A stretch of 64,000 nucleotides of DNA from positions 22,975 to 86,974 of the forward strand of contig CAYZGO010000007.1 in NCBI GenBank assembly GCA_964478075.1. The letters run 5' to 3'. The position numbers and the translations under genes are program-made. Position 1 is the first letter of the stretch. Each line of letters opens with the position of its first letter. Positions 37,292 through 47,640 of the stretch are shown in pieces. The notes beneath the pieces are model-generated. The model was not told where the DNA came from, ran no database searches, and saw only the letters and a program-made list of their open reading frames with translations. Origin of the DNA: an uncultured Anaerolineales bacterium (GTDB taxonomy: Bacteria; Chloroflexota; Anaerolineae; UBA2200).

Positions 37292-38905
37292 GTGGAAGCG
37301 ACAAGCGGCGAAACCGAGGCCACCGATGCCGGTTTGCAGGATGGGGGAGAGAGGAAAGCTCCCGCAGCCCTCTCGGTCAAAATCCTGCGCAACGCCATCG
37401 CCAACTATGGTGGCGTGTTTGTGACCAGGCTGGTGGGCTTCTTGCTGACCCCTTTCATCGTCCACCGGCTGGGCGATACGGCATATGGTATCTGGGCATT
37501 GACGGGGGGCATCGTCGCCTACCTCGGCTTGCTGGACTTGGGTATGTCTGCTTCAGTGGCAAAGTACGTCGCGGAGTATAGGGCCAAGAACCAGCCGCAG
37601 AGCGTGAATGAGATTGTTAGCACCGTCTTCATGCTCTATTGCTTGCTTAGCCTGCTTGTCCTGTTCGCTATACTGGTTCTCTCGCTGTATTTCCCTGCAA
37701 TCTTCAACGTTGAGGGAGGGTATGGCCAAATAGGCCGGGTTGCGCTCTTCCTGGTTGGGATTGACTTTGTGATTATGCTGCCCACCAGCATACTCAACGC
37801 CATCCTGGTGGGCTATCAGCGGTTCGACCTCAACTACCTTGCTGGCATTCTCGCGTTGCTTGTGAAGAGTGTGCTGATTGTTGTTCTGTTGAACCTGGGC
37901 CTTGGCCTTGTTGGGCTGGCGACTACGAGCATTGTGTCAACGTTGCTTCTCACAGCGGCGCGGTTCTGGGCTACGAAGAGGACTGCTCCAAAACTACGCA
38001 TTCATCCCAAGCTCTTCAGACGTGACATTGTGCCATCAGTGGGGAAGTTCAGTCTTGTGGTTTTTGGTCTGCAAGTCACGGGATTGGTAATCTATCACAC
38101 AGACAACATCGTCATTGGGCTGTTTCTCCCTGTGGCGGCCATTACCCCTTTTGCTATTGCTTATAAGCTGGGTATTCTTGTTCGAGACGCTATTGCCCAA
38201 CCTCTAGGTTCGGTCCTTATGCCCGCTTTCTCTGAGCTGGATGGGATGGGCAGGGCCGAGGACAGGGAGAGAATCAGGCGGCTGCTTATTCAAGGGACAA
38301 AGGCCACCTCCGTTTTGGTATTGCCGATTACTGCCTTTCTGATCGTCATGGGAGAACATATCATCCGTTTGTGGGTGGGAAAGGAGTACGTAGGCACAAG
38401 CACACCCGTGCTGTATGCTCTGACTGTCTTCTTCCTCAGTAACGCCCTTTTCAGAACCGGGGCGAATCTGCTTTTTGGCCTCGGCAGACTGAGGCGGTAT
38501 TTGTACGTGTGCACCGGCATGGCTTTAGGCAATCTCCTGCTCAGCACGCTTTTGGTTCAGTTTCTTGGCATAACGGGTGTGGCGATAGGAAGCGCCATTC
38601 CTATGGCTATAGGTTGTGGACTGTTTCTTTTTCCACACGCATGCGAGGTCGTAGGATTGCCCATAAAGAGGTTCTTCGGGGAATCGTTTGTGCCTGCTGC
38701 AATCCCAATCATCCCCACCGTTGTCATCACACTTCTGCTATCCAGATACTGGCCCCCTGTCAACTTGGCTGTTCTGGCCCTTCAGTTCATGATATGTGTC
38801 TCCTCCTATGGACTGATTTATCTGATGTGCATAAGCAAAGAGGAGAGGACCAGCTATGCCGCACGAATGAGGGGATTGAGGCGCATAACGCACGAGAGAA
38901 CGTAG
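37292..38905 (+). CDS. Wzx-like oligosaccharide flippase (MOP/polysaccharide biosynthesis protein family)
   Basis: About 12-14 TM helices and an N-terminal region like flippase helix 1: LRNAIANYGGVFVTRLVGFLLTPFIVHRLGDTAYGIW. GTG start just after the upstream stop. Confidence 0.7.
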   Translation: MEATSGETEATDAGLQDGGERKAPAALSVKILRNAIANYGGVFVTRLVGFLLTPFIVHRLGDTAYGIWALTGGIVAYLGLLDLGMSASVAKYVAEYRAKNQPQSVNEIVSTVFMLYCLLSLLVLFAILVLSLYFPAIFNVEGGYGQIGRVALFLVGIDFVIMLPTSILNAILVGYQRFDLNYLAGILALLVKSVLIVVLLNLGLGLVGLATTSIVSTLLLTAARFWATKRTAPKLRIHPKLFRRDIVPSVGKFSLVVFGLQVTGLVIYHTDNIVIGLFLPVAAITPFAIAYKLGILVRDAIAQPLGSVLMPAFSELDGMGRAEDRERIRRLLIQGTKATSVLVLPITAFLIVMGEHIIRLWVGKEYVGTSTPVLYALTVFFLSNALFRTGANLLFGLGRLRRYLYVCTGMALGNLLLSTLLVQFLGITGVAIGSAIPMAIGCGLFLFPHACEVVGLPIKRFFGESFVPAAIPIIPTVVITLLLSRYWPPVNLAVLALQFMICVSSYGLIYLMCISKEERTSYAARMRGLRRITHERT

Positions 38906-38942
38906 CGCATCATGGAATGCGAGGAGGCGAAGCGAGGAGTAA

Positions 38943-39848
38943 ATGGTTGAGCCAATACGGGAATTGAGGGCCATCTGTCAAAGCAAGGATGAGGAGGAGA
39001 CAGGGTATCTCAAGGTTGTAGCTAGAAGGGCGTCAATACAGGTTACTAGACTACTGCTGCATACGCCTATCACTGGCAACCAAGCGACTTTGCTCTACAT
39101 TGTGACCGGGCTGGTTGCCGGCATATTCTTTGTTCCGGGTAATACGTGGTGCACGATAATTGGGGTCTTTCTCCTCCAATTGTGGTTCGTTATGGACTGC
39201 GTTGATGGAGAAGTGGCGCGCTATCGAAAGACAGCGAGCTTGACTGGCATATACCTTGATGAGTTGTCTCATCACATCGTGCACCCTTATGTCTTCGCTT
39301 GTGTGAGTTTTGGTGTATACAATAGTCTTCATGATGTGAGAGCATTCATGTTTGGTTTCTTGGTCGTCTTGTCCATGAGTTTGTATGCTGCGGTGCAAGA
39401 TTGTCGTGCCAAGGCGATTCTTGACAACTTTCGCAGGGGCTACCTTTTTACCGGAGAGGAGATTTCCAGCGAAAGGACAGGGGACTCGAGCACCTTGCTC
39501 CGCGAGGACTGGCCAGGAAAGGGCAGCTGGGATGCGTCAATTGCAAGGCGCATTGCGAAGAAACTAGGCCTGCTTGTGCTATACAGGCTTGACTTTTTGT
39601 ATCGAGCTCCGGCTTTCAGCAACATCATCACTGCGGCAGCGCTGACGGATTGGTTTGTGCCAGATGTTAGTGCCGGTCCCATCACAATTAACAATGTGTA
39701 TGCGGTGCTCATAGCTTATGCTCTGGTTCTACCCATCGTTGTTGCGGGGACTGCCTATTTGGCTGTTCGAGATAGAACCACCGAATGGGAGTATGGTGTG
39801 TTGTCGTATTGGTTGAGGGAATCGTCGAGAAAGAATAAACATGCCTGA
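38943..39848 (+). CDS. CDP-alcohol phosphatidyltransferase family protein
   Basis: Signature D-x2-DG-x2-AR...G-x3-D-x3-D: DCVDGEVARYRKTASLTGIYLDELSHHIVH. Multi-TM. RBS GAGGAG present. Confidence 0.8.
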   Translation: MVEPIRELRAICQSKDEEETGYLKVVARRASIQVTRLLLHTPITGNQATLLYIVTGLVAGIFFVPGNTWCTIIGVFLLQLWFVMDCVDGEVARYRKTASLTGIYLDELSHHIVHPYVFACVSFGVYNSLHDVRAFMFGFLVVLSMSLYAAVQDCRAKAILDNFRRGYLFTGEEISSERTGDSSTLLREDWPGKGSWDASIARRIAKKLGLLVLYRLDFLYRAPAFSNIITAAALTDWFVPDVSAGPITINNVYAVLIAYALVLPIVVAGTAYLAVRDRTTEWEYGVLSYWLRESSRKNKHA

Positions 39849-40091
39849 AAATAGCCCATACTTGACTGCCCCTGCAGCTATCAACAGGCTTGGAGTGCCG
39901 CCTTGACGGTTGACTGATCGCCAGAGTGTCATGCTTGCGTCTTGAGGAATTGTGTGAGACGCATACTTGAAATCGGTGGCAGTTGAAGAAATGCGCGTGA
40001 GCGGGGGCGCTGGCTTCCACCGGGCGGCCCATTTTTGCGGCAATAGGGAGGCCACGGAGACCTTGCAGGCATATCGGGAGGCAGCGCGCGC

Positions 40092-41375
40092 GTGAATGCC
40101 CTTTTGATTGGGTACGGGGACTTTGAATACGCCGGCATGAAACACGTCTACCACTTTGCCAACGGGCTGGCAGCGCTGGGGCTGCGGGTGATGGTGCTTG
40201 TCCCCGGCGACCCGGGTACAGCGGCGTTGATGGCCGACCCGCCCCGCTTCGAGTTGGTGCCTGTCGGATTTGTCGGCCCTTTCCTGGCGGCGGCCACGCG
40301 CCGGGCGGCCACGCGCTTTGCCCCGGACATCATTCACGCCTGGACGCCACGAAACATCCCGGCCCGCGTGGCCTGGGAACTCAAACGGCGCACCGGGGCC
40401 AGACTGGTGGTGGATTACGAGGACGACGAGGATATGCATTACGAGGCGCACGTCCGGGCGATGGGGAAACGTCTTTCTTCAGCGCTGCGTCGGTTACTCT
40501 GGCCACTGCTGAAGGCACGTCTGATGCTCAAGCCGCTGCTGTGGCCGATGAACTGGAAGGGCGGCGAGCCCTATGGCCCTAAACACCCGCTGACGTACCG
40601 GTTGGTGAACCGGGCCGCCGACGCCTTCACGGCCATCTGCACGCCGCTGAAACAGCGGCTGGAGCGGGAGTGGCCGGGCAAGCCGACCTATTTGCTCTAC
40701 CCCGGCGCCGACCTGCAACGCTTCAGCCCCCAGGCTCATGGCCAACAGGTGCGGCGACGATATGGGCTCAGTGGCCGGAAAGTGCTCCTTTACTCTGGCA
40801 CCGCGAACACGACTATCCTGGATTCTTTACTCGAGGTTCTGCAACAGGTCAGAGCAAGGCATCCAGAAGCCGCGCTGATGCATGTGGGCAACGACGATTT
40901 CCGGGAGGAGGTTGATGCTCTTGTGGACAGTCGAGGGCTCCAGGGGCACATAGTGCTGACCGGCTCGGTGCCCCATCGACAAATACACCTTTACCTTGCT
41001 GCCAGCGATGTCCTCCTGCAGCACAATTACGACCTTTCCAACGAGTACCGGCTGCCCGCCAAACTGCCGGAATACCTGGCCATGGGCCGGCCGGTGGTCA
41101 CCTTCAGCGCGGGAATTGGCCGCCTTCTGCAAGATGGCATAGATGTGCTCAAGGTCAGCACAGACAGGCCGGAGGAAATGGCGGAGAAGGTGCTGCGCAT
41201 ACTGGATGATGAGCAACTGGCCCGCAGGCTGGGGGCCAATGCCCGCCGCAAGGCCGAGGAACTCTTTGACTGGCAGAAGAATGCGCGCACCCTGGCAAGG
41301 ATATATGAAGAAGTTCTGGCCCGGCCCGTTGAAGGGGTGCCCACGCGAGAGCGGCACGAGCGGGGGCTTCGTTGA
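40092..41375 (+). CDS. GT4 (group 1) glycosyltransferase
   Basis: C-terminal GT-B motif with E-x7-E (EYLAMGRPVV) and LLYSGTANT. 427 aa. Confidence 0.75.
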   Translation: MNALLIGYGDFEYAGMKHVYHFANGLAALGLRVMVLVPGDPGTAALMADPPRFELVPVGFVGPFLAAATRRAATRFAPDIIHAWTPRNIPARVAWELKRRTGARLVVDYEDDEDMHYEAHVRAMGKRLSSALRRLLWPLLKARLMLKPLLWPMNWKGGEPYGPKHPLTYRLVNRAADAFTAICTPLKQRLEREWPGKPTYLLYPGADLQRFSPQAHGQQVRRRYGLSGRKVLLYSGTANTTILDSLLEVLQQVRARHPEAALMHVGNDDFREEVDALVDSRGLQGHIVLTGSVPHRQIHLYLAASDVLLQHNYDLSNEYRLPAKLPEYLAMGRPVVTFSAGIGRLLQDGIDVLKVSTDRPEEMAEKVLRILDDEQLARRLGANARRKAEELFDWQKNARTLARIYEEVLARPVEGVPTRERHERGLR

Positions 41376-42127
41376 CCGAACCATCACCGGCTGCCTGGGA
41401 TACGTATTGGCAGGAACTCCAGAAATCGGGCTACGTCAACTACACGCCCGAACTGCTGCGTGCCCTCGAAGCCGTCACCGACCTGCGAGGACAAAGGGTG
41501 CTGGAAATCGGCGGGGGAACGGGGGGCAACAGCAGCCTGCTGGCCCGGAAAGGGGCCGAGGTCTATGTCTTGGACTTTTCTCCCACGGCGCTGAGCATCG
41601 CCTCTCAGACGGCAGAACACGCGGGGGTCCGGTTTCGCTTGATGGAGGCGGATGCGCGGCATATGCCCTTTTCCGACCGATTCTTCAACCTGATCTTCCA
41701 CCAGGGCTTTCTGGAACACTTCCGCAATCCGCTTCCTCTGCTGCAGGAGCAATGGCGCGTGCTGCGAGAGGGGGGACACCTGCTGGTTGATGTGCCCCAG
41801 AAGTTGAATCTGTTCACTGTGAAGAAGCATGTCTTAATGGCGATGCGCAGGTGGGAGTACGGGTGGGAGAGTGAGTTCAGTTACGGCCGCCTGTGCGGGC
41901 TGCTAACGGACGCGGGGTTCGATGTCGTCGAGGCCTACGGACGCGGGTACTATCCCCGTCCCTTCCACAGGCTGCGCCACCTGCACAAGATCGAGGATCG
42001 GCTGGGGCGGAACGGCCTTTTGCCCAGGCGGTTTTGGGAGTGGTACGAGTCCCAATGGCGCCGGTTCGAGGCCGGGCGGGCGCCCCTGTACCTGCTGCAG
42101 TGCATCGGGGTCGTGGCACGGAAATGA
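41372..42127 (+). CDS. Class I SAM-dependent methyltransferase
   Basis: Motif I VLEIGGGTGGNSSLLARKGAEV and motif post-II LREGGHLLV. A TTG or other alternative start overlaps the upstream stop. Confidence 0.7.
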   Translation: MTEPSPAAWDTYWQELQKSGYVNYTPELLRALEAVTDLRGQRVLEIGGGTGGNSSLLARKGAEVYVLDFSPTALSIASQTAEHAGVRFRLMEADARHMPFSDRFFNLIFHQGFLEHFRNPLPLLQEQWRVLREGGHLLVDVPQKLNLFTVKKHVLMAMRRWEYGWESEFSYGRLCGLLTDAGFDVVEAYGRGYYPRPFHRLRHLHKIEDRLGRNGLLPRRFWEWYESQWRRFEAGRAPLYLLQCIGVVARK

Positions 42128-42153
42128 GATTGACTTGATGGAGGAGAAGCGCG

Positions 42154-43359
42154 GTGCGCATCCTGGCGACCAGTTCGTGGTTCCCTTATCCACCCGACAA
42201 CGGGATCAAGCTGCGCATGTACAATCTGTTGAAGCGCTGGGCGCACAACCACGAGATCGCGCTGCTGGCCTTTGCTTCATCCGAGGTAACGGCCAGTCAG
42301 TTGGAAGCGCTTGAGCCATACTGTACCTGGGTGCAGGCTGTTCCCCGCCGATCCTTCCGGCCGCACAGCCTCCGGGCCTGCCTGGGCTTGCTGTCGCCCT
42401 ACCCGCGTTCCTGGGTGGATACCTACAGCCCGGAGATGCGGCGACTGCTGAACACCGTGGTCCAGAACCAGGGATTCGACCTGCTCCTGGCGTTCGAGTT
42501 CGGCACAGCCCCCTACGCCGCGAGGATGGGCAGCGCAACGCCGAAAGTGCTGGACGACCTGGAAATGGGTGTGCTGCGCGACCAATATCGTCACGCCCCC
42601 AACTGGCTCAGACGACTGCGATACGGCCTCACTTGGCTCAAAACAAGGCGTTTCGTCCGGCGCACCCTCGCTCGCTTCGACGGCTGCACCACGGTGTCTG
42701 AGGTGGAACGTAGCATTGTTTTGGAGGTTGCACCAGGTTTCTCGCCCATCGAGGTGGTTCCCAACGGCGTGGATGTGTCGTGGTACCAAGGTGAGTTTGG
42801 CCCCCCGGAGCGAGACACTCTCGTATTCTGCGGCTCATTGACGTGGAGCGCCAACCTGGACGCCATGCGGTTCTTCCTGGAACAGGTATATCCTCTCGTA
42901 AAGCACCGAGTCCCCGAGGTCCGGGTGCGCATCACCGGCCCCTCGGACAGGGCACAGCGAGATAGCCTGCCTGCCGACGAGAGCGTCGAGTTCACAGGCT
43001 GTCTGGATGACGTCCGTGCGGCAGTCGCCCGGAGCTGGGTGAGCATCGCACCGATGCGCGTCGGAGGTGGCACCCGGCTGAAGATTCTCGAGGCTATGGC
43101 CTTGGGGACGCCTGTTGTAGCAACGTACAAAGGCGCCGAGGGACTGAACGTGACCGCTGGTGCGAATATCCTGCTGGCCGATGCTCCGGCGATGCTTGCC
43201 GACCACATTGTCACTCTGTTGCGCGACGTCGAGTTGCGGGAACGGCTGGCGGTGGCAGGACAGCGATTGGTGACTGCACAATACGATTGGGACGTCATCG
43301 CGGCCAGGGCGGAAGCCTTCTTAACGCAGGTTGCAAGGTTAAAAGCACGGCATGATTAG
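42154..43359 (+). CDS. GT4 (group 1) glycosyltransferase
   Basis: KILEAMALGTPVVAT and FCGSLTWSAN motifs of retaining GT-B enzymes. Confidence 0.75.
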   Translation: MRILATSSWFPYPPDNGIKLRMYNLLKRWAHNHEIALLAFASSEVTASQLEALEPYCTWVQAVPRRSFRPHSLRACLGLLSPYPRSWVDTYSPEMRRLLNTVVQNQGFDLLLAFEFGTAPYAARMGSATPKVLDDLEMGVLRDQYRHAPNWLRRLRYGLTWLKTRRFVRRTLARFDGCTTVSEVERSIVLEVAPGFSPIEVVPNGVDVSWYQGEFGPPERDTLVFCGSLTWSANLDAMRFFLEQVYPLVKHRVPEVRVRITGPSDRAQRDSLPADESVEFTGCLDDVRAAVARSWVSIAPMRVGGGTRLKILEAMALGTPVVATYKGAEGLNVTAGANILLADAPAMLADHIVTLLRDVELRERLAVAGQRLVTAQYDWDVIAARAEAFLTQVARLKARHD

Positions 43360-44692
43360 CACCATCCGGCGCAGGCTGCAACATTATGACCGCTACCTGA
43401 CCACCGCTGCAGTGGTGGTGGGCTTGTTGCTGGCCGAGGTGGTAGTGGTACGGCGCATATTGGCCTTCGGGCCTGGCTTCGTCGCAGCGGCAGCGCTTTC
43501 CCTGGTGGGAGCCATAGCCATCTTGTGGAGATTAGAGTTGGGCTTTGCCCTGCTCGGCGGCCTTTCTATGTATGCTAACCCTGCGATCTTCGATGTGCGG
43601 GGGCGGGAGATTGACGTGATCCACCTGGTGGGCGCACTTGTCGTCGTGGTCTGGCTCCTGCGCCGCCTGGTGGTGCAGCGGGACCTGCGCCCGCCCCGCT
43701 CCAGGCTCAATACCCCCCTGCTGACGCTGGTGCTCGTATGGCTTATCACCTGGATCGCCGGCTACACCTTCTGGGACATGCGCGTGCCCACGGCGCAGCG
43801 CCAGCCGCTTTTCTTCGTGACCGAATTTGGCCAGTTGCTCATGTTTATCGGCGTCTTCTGGGCCGTGGCGGATACGGTGAAGGACGAGCGGTGGGCCAAG
43901 CCCATCTGTGCCACGATCACTATCGTCAACGCCTCGACGGCTCTCACGGGCGGCCTGGGCTGGAACCAAACACCGGTCGCACTGGCACTCACCTGCTCGC
44001 TGCTGGCTTTTGGCGAAGCGGACTTCCGCGTGAAGGCAGGATTATGGCTGGTACTTGGCATTTTCCTGTGGGGTCTGATCCGGGTGAATCGCATCCCGGT
44101 CTACCTGGCTAGCATGGCGGTGGTGCTCGTGGTTGCCTTGTTCAAATCCAGGCAGCTCTTCGCACTGTTGCTTATCATCTTCGTCATCCTGGGCGTGGCG
44201 TTCATCAGGCCGCTTTGGGAGGTCGAGACCAGCGTGTTCAGCCGCCTGGAACTGGTCAAGGCGGCTTTGTCCATCTTCCGGGATCATCCTATCCTGGGTA
44301 TCGGGCCGACGCACTATCGCTCCTACGCCATTCTCTACCATCGTGGTCTGGGCTGGCATACGGTAGAGCGTGGGCTATTGTTGCCTCACGACGTGTGGCT
44401 CTACTTCCTGGCGAACGTGGGAATAGTAGGCCTGATTGGAATACTCTGGGTCGTAGGTTCGATGTTGTGGGGTCCTTTTTCCACCTATCGCCGGACAGAG
44501 GACGCCTTCTCCAAAGTCCTGGCAGTGGGTGCCCTGGCCTGCGTGAGTGGTGTGTTGGTTCAGAGTATAGGAGGGCATATGGGCTTCTTGCCGGACTACA
44601 GTCTGTCGTCATTTTACATGGCGCCGGTGTGGATTCTGATGGGGCTGATGGTTGCGAGGAGGCAAGGGACGGTCGAGGAGCAGAATGATTGA
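43352..44692 (+). CDS. O-antigen ligase / Wzy-like polymerase family membrane protein
   Basis: 446 aa with 10-12 TM helices and a periplasmic loop motif (LGIGPTHYRSY). It overlaps the upstream stop. Confidence 0.6.
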   Translation: MISTIRRRLQHYDRYLTTAAVVVGLLLAEVVVVRRILAFGPGFVAAAALSLVGAIAILWRLELGFALLGGLSMYANPAIFDVRGREIDVIHLVGALVVVVWLLRRLVVQRDLRPPRSRLNTPLLTLVLVWLITWIAGYTFWDMRVPTAQRQPLFFVTEFGQLLMFIGVFWAVADTVKDERWAKPICATITIVNASTALTGGLGWNQTPVALALTCSLLAFGEADFRVKAGLWLVLGIFLWGLIRVNRIPVYLASMAVVLVVALFKSRQLFALLLIIFVILGVAFIRPLWEVETSVFSRLELVKAALSIFRDHPILGIGPTHYRSYAILYHRGLGWHTVERGLLLPHDVWLYFLANVGIVGLIGILWVVGSMLWGPFSTYRRTEDAFSKVLAVGALACVSGVLVQSIGGHMGFLPDYSLSSFYMAPVWILMGLMVARRQGTVEEQND

Positions 44693-45623
44693 CCTCTCCA
44701 TTGTCATCGTGAATTGGAACACGCGCGATCTGCTGGCGCAGTGCTTGCAGTCGGTGTACGAGACGGTGCGAGAACTGGAGTTCGAGGTATTCGTGGTGGA
44801 CAATGCTTCGAGCGATGGCAGTACGACGATGGTGAAGAAGGAGTTTCCGCAGGTCAAGCTAATCGAGAACAATGAGAATGTGGGATTTGCCAGAGCGAAC
44901 AACCAGGCAATTGCCCAGAGCCAGGGACGGTACGTCTTGCTCCTGAACAGCGATACGTTGGTGTTGCCAGGCGCAATTGACAGAGTCGTGGCGTTTATGG
45001 ATCAGCATTGGGAGGTAGGCGCAGCCGGTTGTGCGGTGTTGAATCCCGATGGCACGTTGCAACTTTCCCACAAAACCGCCTTTAGCATAGGCAACGAACT
45101 TGTGTATGCAACGTTCCTGGGTCGCTTTGTTGCACAACGGATGCCGTTTCCCAAAGACGTGCTTCAGCACGGGCAGAAGCCTTTCGTCTCTGAATACCTT
45201 GCTGTGGACGCGGTATCTGGTGCCTTCCTGCTGGTCCGCCGTGAGGTGATGGACGAAGTAGGGTTGTTGGACGAACGCTTTTTCATCTACTCCGAAGACG
45301 ATGATTGGTGTTTTCGCATCAGACAGGCGGGGTGGCAAATCTGCTACCTACTGAATGTTCGGATCATCCACTATGGTGGGCAAAGCACGCGTCAAGAAAG
45401 TGCCGAGATGTTCCTCCAACTCTACAAGAATCGGTTTCTGTTCTACCGGAAAAACTATGGGCAGCTCAAAGCGTCTTTCCTGAAATGGGTATTCATTGCT
45501 GAGGCGTGGGTAAAACTGGCTGCGTGGGCCGGAGTATATCTCTCAAGATTGGGCAGGCGTGCAGTAGCCAGGGAGAGGATTTGGGCCCTCTGGAGACTTG
45601 CAACCAAAGGCGTGTGGCTTTGA
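44685..45623 (+). CDS. GT2 glycosyltransferase (rhamnosyl/glycosyl transferase WbbL-like)
   Basis: MIDLSIVIVNWNTRDLLAQCLQS...VVDNASSDGS...DAVSGAFLLVRREV. Confidence 0.75.
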   Translation: MIDLSIVIVNWNTRDLLAQCLQSVYETVRELEFEVFVVDNASSDGSTTMVKKEFPQVKLIENNENVGFARANNQAIAQSQGRYVLLLNSDTLVLPGAIDRVVAFMDQHWEVGAAGCAVLNPDGTLQLSHKTAFSIGNELVYATFLGRFVAQRMPFPKDVLQHGQKPFVSEYLAVDAVSGAFLLVRREVMDEVGLLDERFFIYSEDDDWCFRIRQAGWQICYLLNVRIIHYGGQSTRQESAEMFLQLYKNRFLFYRKNYGQLKASFLKWVFIAEAWVKLAAWAGVYLSRLGRRAVARERIWALWRLATKGVWL

Positions 45624-45687
45624 CATCCCCAAGAGGAAGTGCCCGATATGGAACTTGTGCGCTGCGAATTATGCGGCAGTGATAAGC

Positions 45688-46701
45688 ATGACACGGAATG
45701 AGTGCAAGAAACTGGATCTAGCGGTTGTTATCGTTAACTGGAACACGGGCCAACTCCTACAGCAGTGTGTAGCCTCAATCTATGCCTACGCCCCCCATTG
45801 CAGTTTTGGCGTTTGGGTGGTTGACAATGGCTCCCACGATGGTAGTGCGGAGATGGTGAGGGCAAACTTCCCCAACGTGCATCTCGTCGTTAAGGAAGCC
45901 AATCTAGGGTTTACAAAAGCCTTCAATGATGTTCTTCGTCATACACGTGCCGAGTATGTTGTGTCGTTGCATCCCGATACCGAGGTAATGGCGGGTGCCT
46001 TGCAGGCCATGATCGACTATATGGAGAGTCATCCAGAAGTGGCGACAATAGGCGCCAAGCTGGTATATCCTGATGGAGAATGGAACAAATCGTGGTTCGA
46101 CTTCCCAACGTTAGCGACAGAGCTTTCTAAAGCTCTACTGCTGCACAGGTTGTTTCCTGCAAGCCAGACCCTAAACAGAACTGCTATGACGCCAGGAATT
46201 GCTTCTCAGCGTTGGGCTCACCATGTACTACAATCTGTCGGCTGGGTGTCTTCCGCGTGCCTACTCCTGCGCAGAGAGATCATTCAAACCATTGGTCTAC
46301 TCGATGAGCATTATCTCGTGTGGTGGGCGGATGTTGACTGGTGTTATCAAGTGCACAAAGCTGGCTGGTGCGTACACTACTTGCCTCAAGCCAAAGTCGT
46401 GCACTACGAGAGACGAAGTTTCCGAAGCGGCGCGCAGCATTTTGACCCCCATCTGGCCTATAAAGAGAAGGACTATCTACCAACAGAAATGACATGCCGG
46501 AATATCATTTATTTCTTTCGAAAGAACTATGGACGCCGGGAAGCGGTCTTGTTGCGGGCGATACTGGCCGTCGGATACTTTACTAGAGTGGTTGCCTGTT
46601 GCGCGGCGTTGGCGCTGTTGCCTCCGAGGAGAGTTGAAGCTAGAGAGAGACTCCTGAACTATTGGCAAGGGCTGAGAGTAGCGTTAGCTTATGGTGGATG
46701 A
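45688..46701 (+). CDS. GT2 glycosyltransferase, a tandem paralog of the previous gene
   Basis: LAVVIVNWNTGQLLQQCVASI...VVDNGSHDGS has the same architecture as the upstream GT2. Lower GC. Confidence 0.75.
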   Translation: MTRNECKKLDLAVVIVNWNTGQLLQQCVASIYAYAPHCSFGVWVVDNGSHDGSAEMVRANFPNVHLVVKEANLGFTKAFNDVLRHTRAEYVVSLHPDTEVMAGALQAMIDYMESHPEVATIGAKLVYPDGEWNKSWFDFPTLATELSKALLLHRLFPASQTLNRTAMTPGIASQRWAHHVLQSVGWVSSACLLLRREIIQTIGLLDEHYLVWWADVDWCYQVHKAGWCVHYLPQAKVVHYERRSFRSGAQHFDPHLAYKEKDYLPTEMTCRNIIYFFRKNYGRREAVLLRAILAVGYFTRVVACCAALALLPPRRVEARERLLNYWQGLRVALAYGG

Positions 46702-46827
46702 TGCGGGATTTCTCGTATTCCCCCCAGGCTGACCCAAAAATCGTGCCTACTACGTATTGTGTTCCTTGGCCGCTCAGCATGAGGTGACTTGGTCAGCTTC
46801 GCCCTACGAACGAAGGTGGTGTAATTC

Positions 46828-47640
46828 ATGAACCAGACTGTGCGGACGTTTCTCAAAGAGCGACTGCCTGCTGGCGTAATAGACCAGGTCAGATTGGCCA
46901 GAAACGCTTTGCGCTTACTTTGCTGGCAACTACGACCACCTGATAGCGGTGGCCCCGTCCTGCTGAGCCAGCCGGATCGTCAGTTTGATGTCCTTTTGTG
47001 GAGTTCTTGTGATCAGTTTGAGGTGATTGTACGACCCTTCGTCGAAGAATGCCGTTGGCCTTTGCCTGAGGTATACAATGGTTTCTTTGAAGCTATTGAC
47101 GCTGAATTCTACTATTGTGCGGTTCGAGCCTGGCGTCCCGAAACGATTATTGAGATCGGTTCAGGTTGGGCCACGCGATTTGCTGTACGTGCCCTGGCTA
47201 GAAACGGAGGGGGGCAGATTATCAGTATTGATCCTGAACCACGTCGTGTCTTACCAGCCCAAGTAACTCATATCCAATCAAGGGTGGAGGAAGTCGAGCT
47301 TGGTGCATTTGACCAACTTCAGGCAGGTGACATTCTCTTTATAGATTCCAGTCATAGCAGGCAAGAGGCCGAGTATCATGCAACGCACATTCTTGAGCGT
47401 CTCAAGCCAGGTGTCTTTGTTCATTATCATGACATTATGTATCCTTATCAACGTTGGTCTGATGAGGAAGAGGTGATACTGGATTTTTACCACCATCACC
47501 AGGCATCGTTTGAGGTCCTGACTGGTCTTGCTTTTGTTCGTCACATGTGTCCAGACCTCTGTCTATCGCTTGTGCCATCTTTCCGACGTATGGTGAATCG
47601 TGTGCCAGGCTCGCTTTGGGCGCGTAGGAAGACAGATTAG
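46828..47640 (+). CDS. CmcI/TylF-like class I methyltransferase-fold protein (sugar O-methyltransferase candidate)
   Basis: TIIEIGSGWATRFAVRA...ILFIDSSHSRQE resembles the CmcI-family motif (tIiEiG...GGS; lfiDsdH). Confidence 0.5.
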   Translation: MNQTVRTFLKERLPAGVIDQVRLARNALRLLCWQLRPPDSGGPVLLSQPDRQFDVLLWSSCDQFEVIVRPFVEECRWPLPEVYNGFFEAIDAEFYYCAVRAWRPETIIEIGSGWATRFAVRALARNGGGQIISIDPEPRRVLPAQVTHIQSRVEEVELGAFDQLQAGDILFIDSSHSRQEAEYHATHILERLKPGVFVHYHDIMYPYQRWSDEEEVILDFYHHHQASFEVLTGLAFVRHMCPDLCLSLVPSFRRMVNRVPGSLWARRKTD

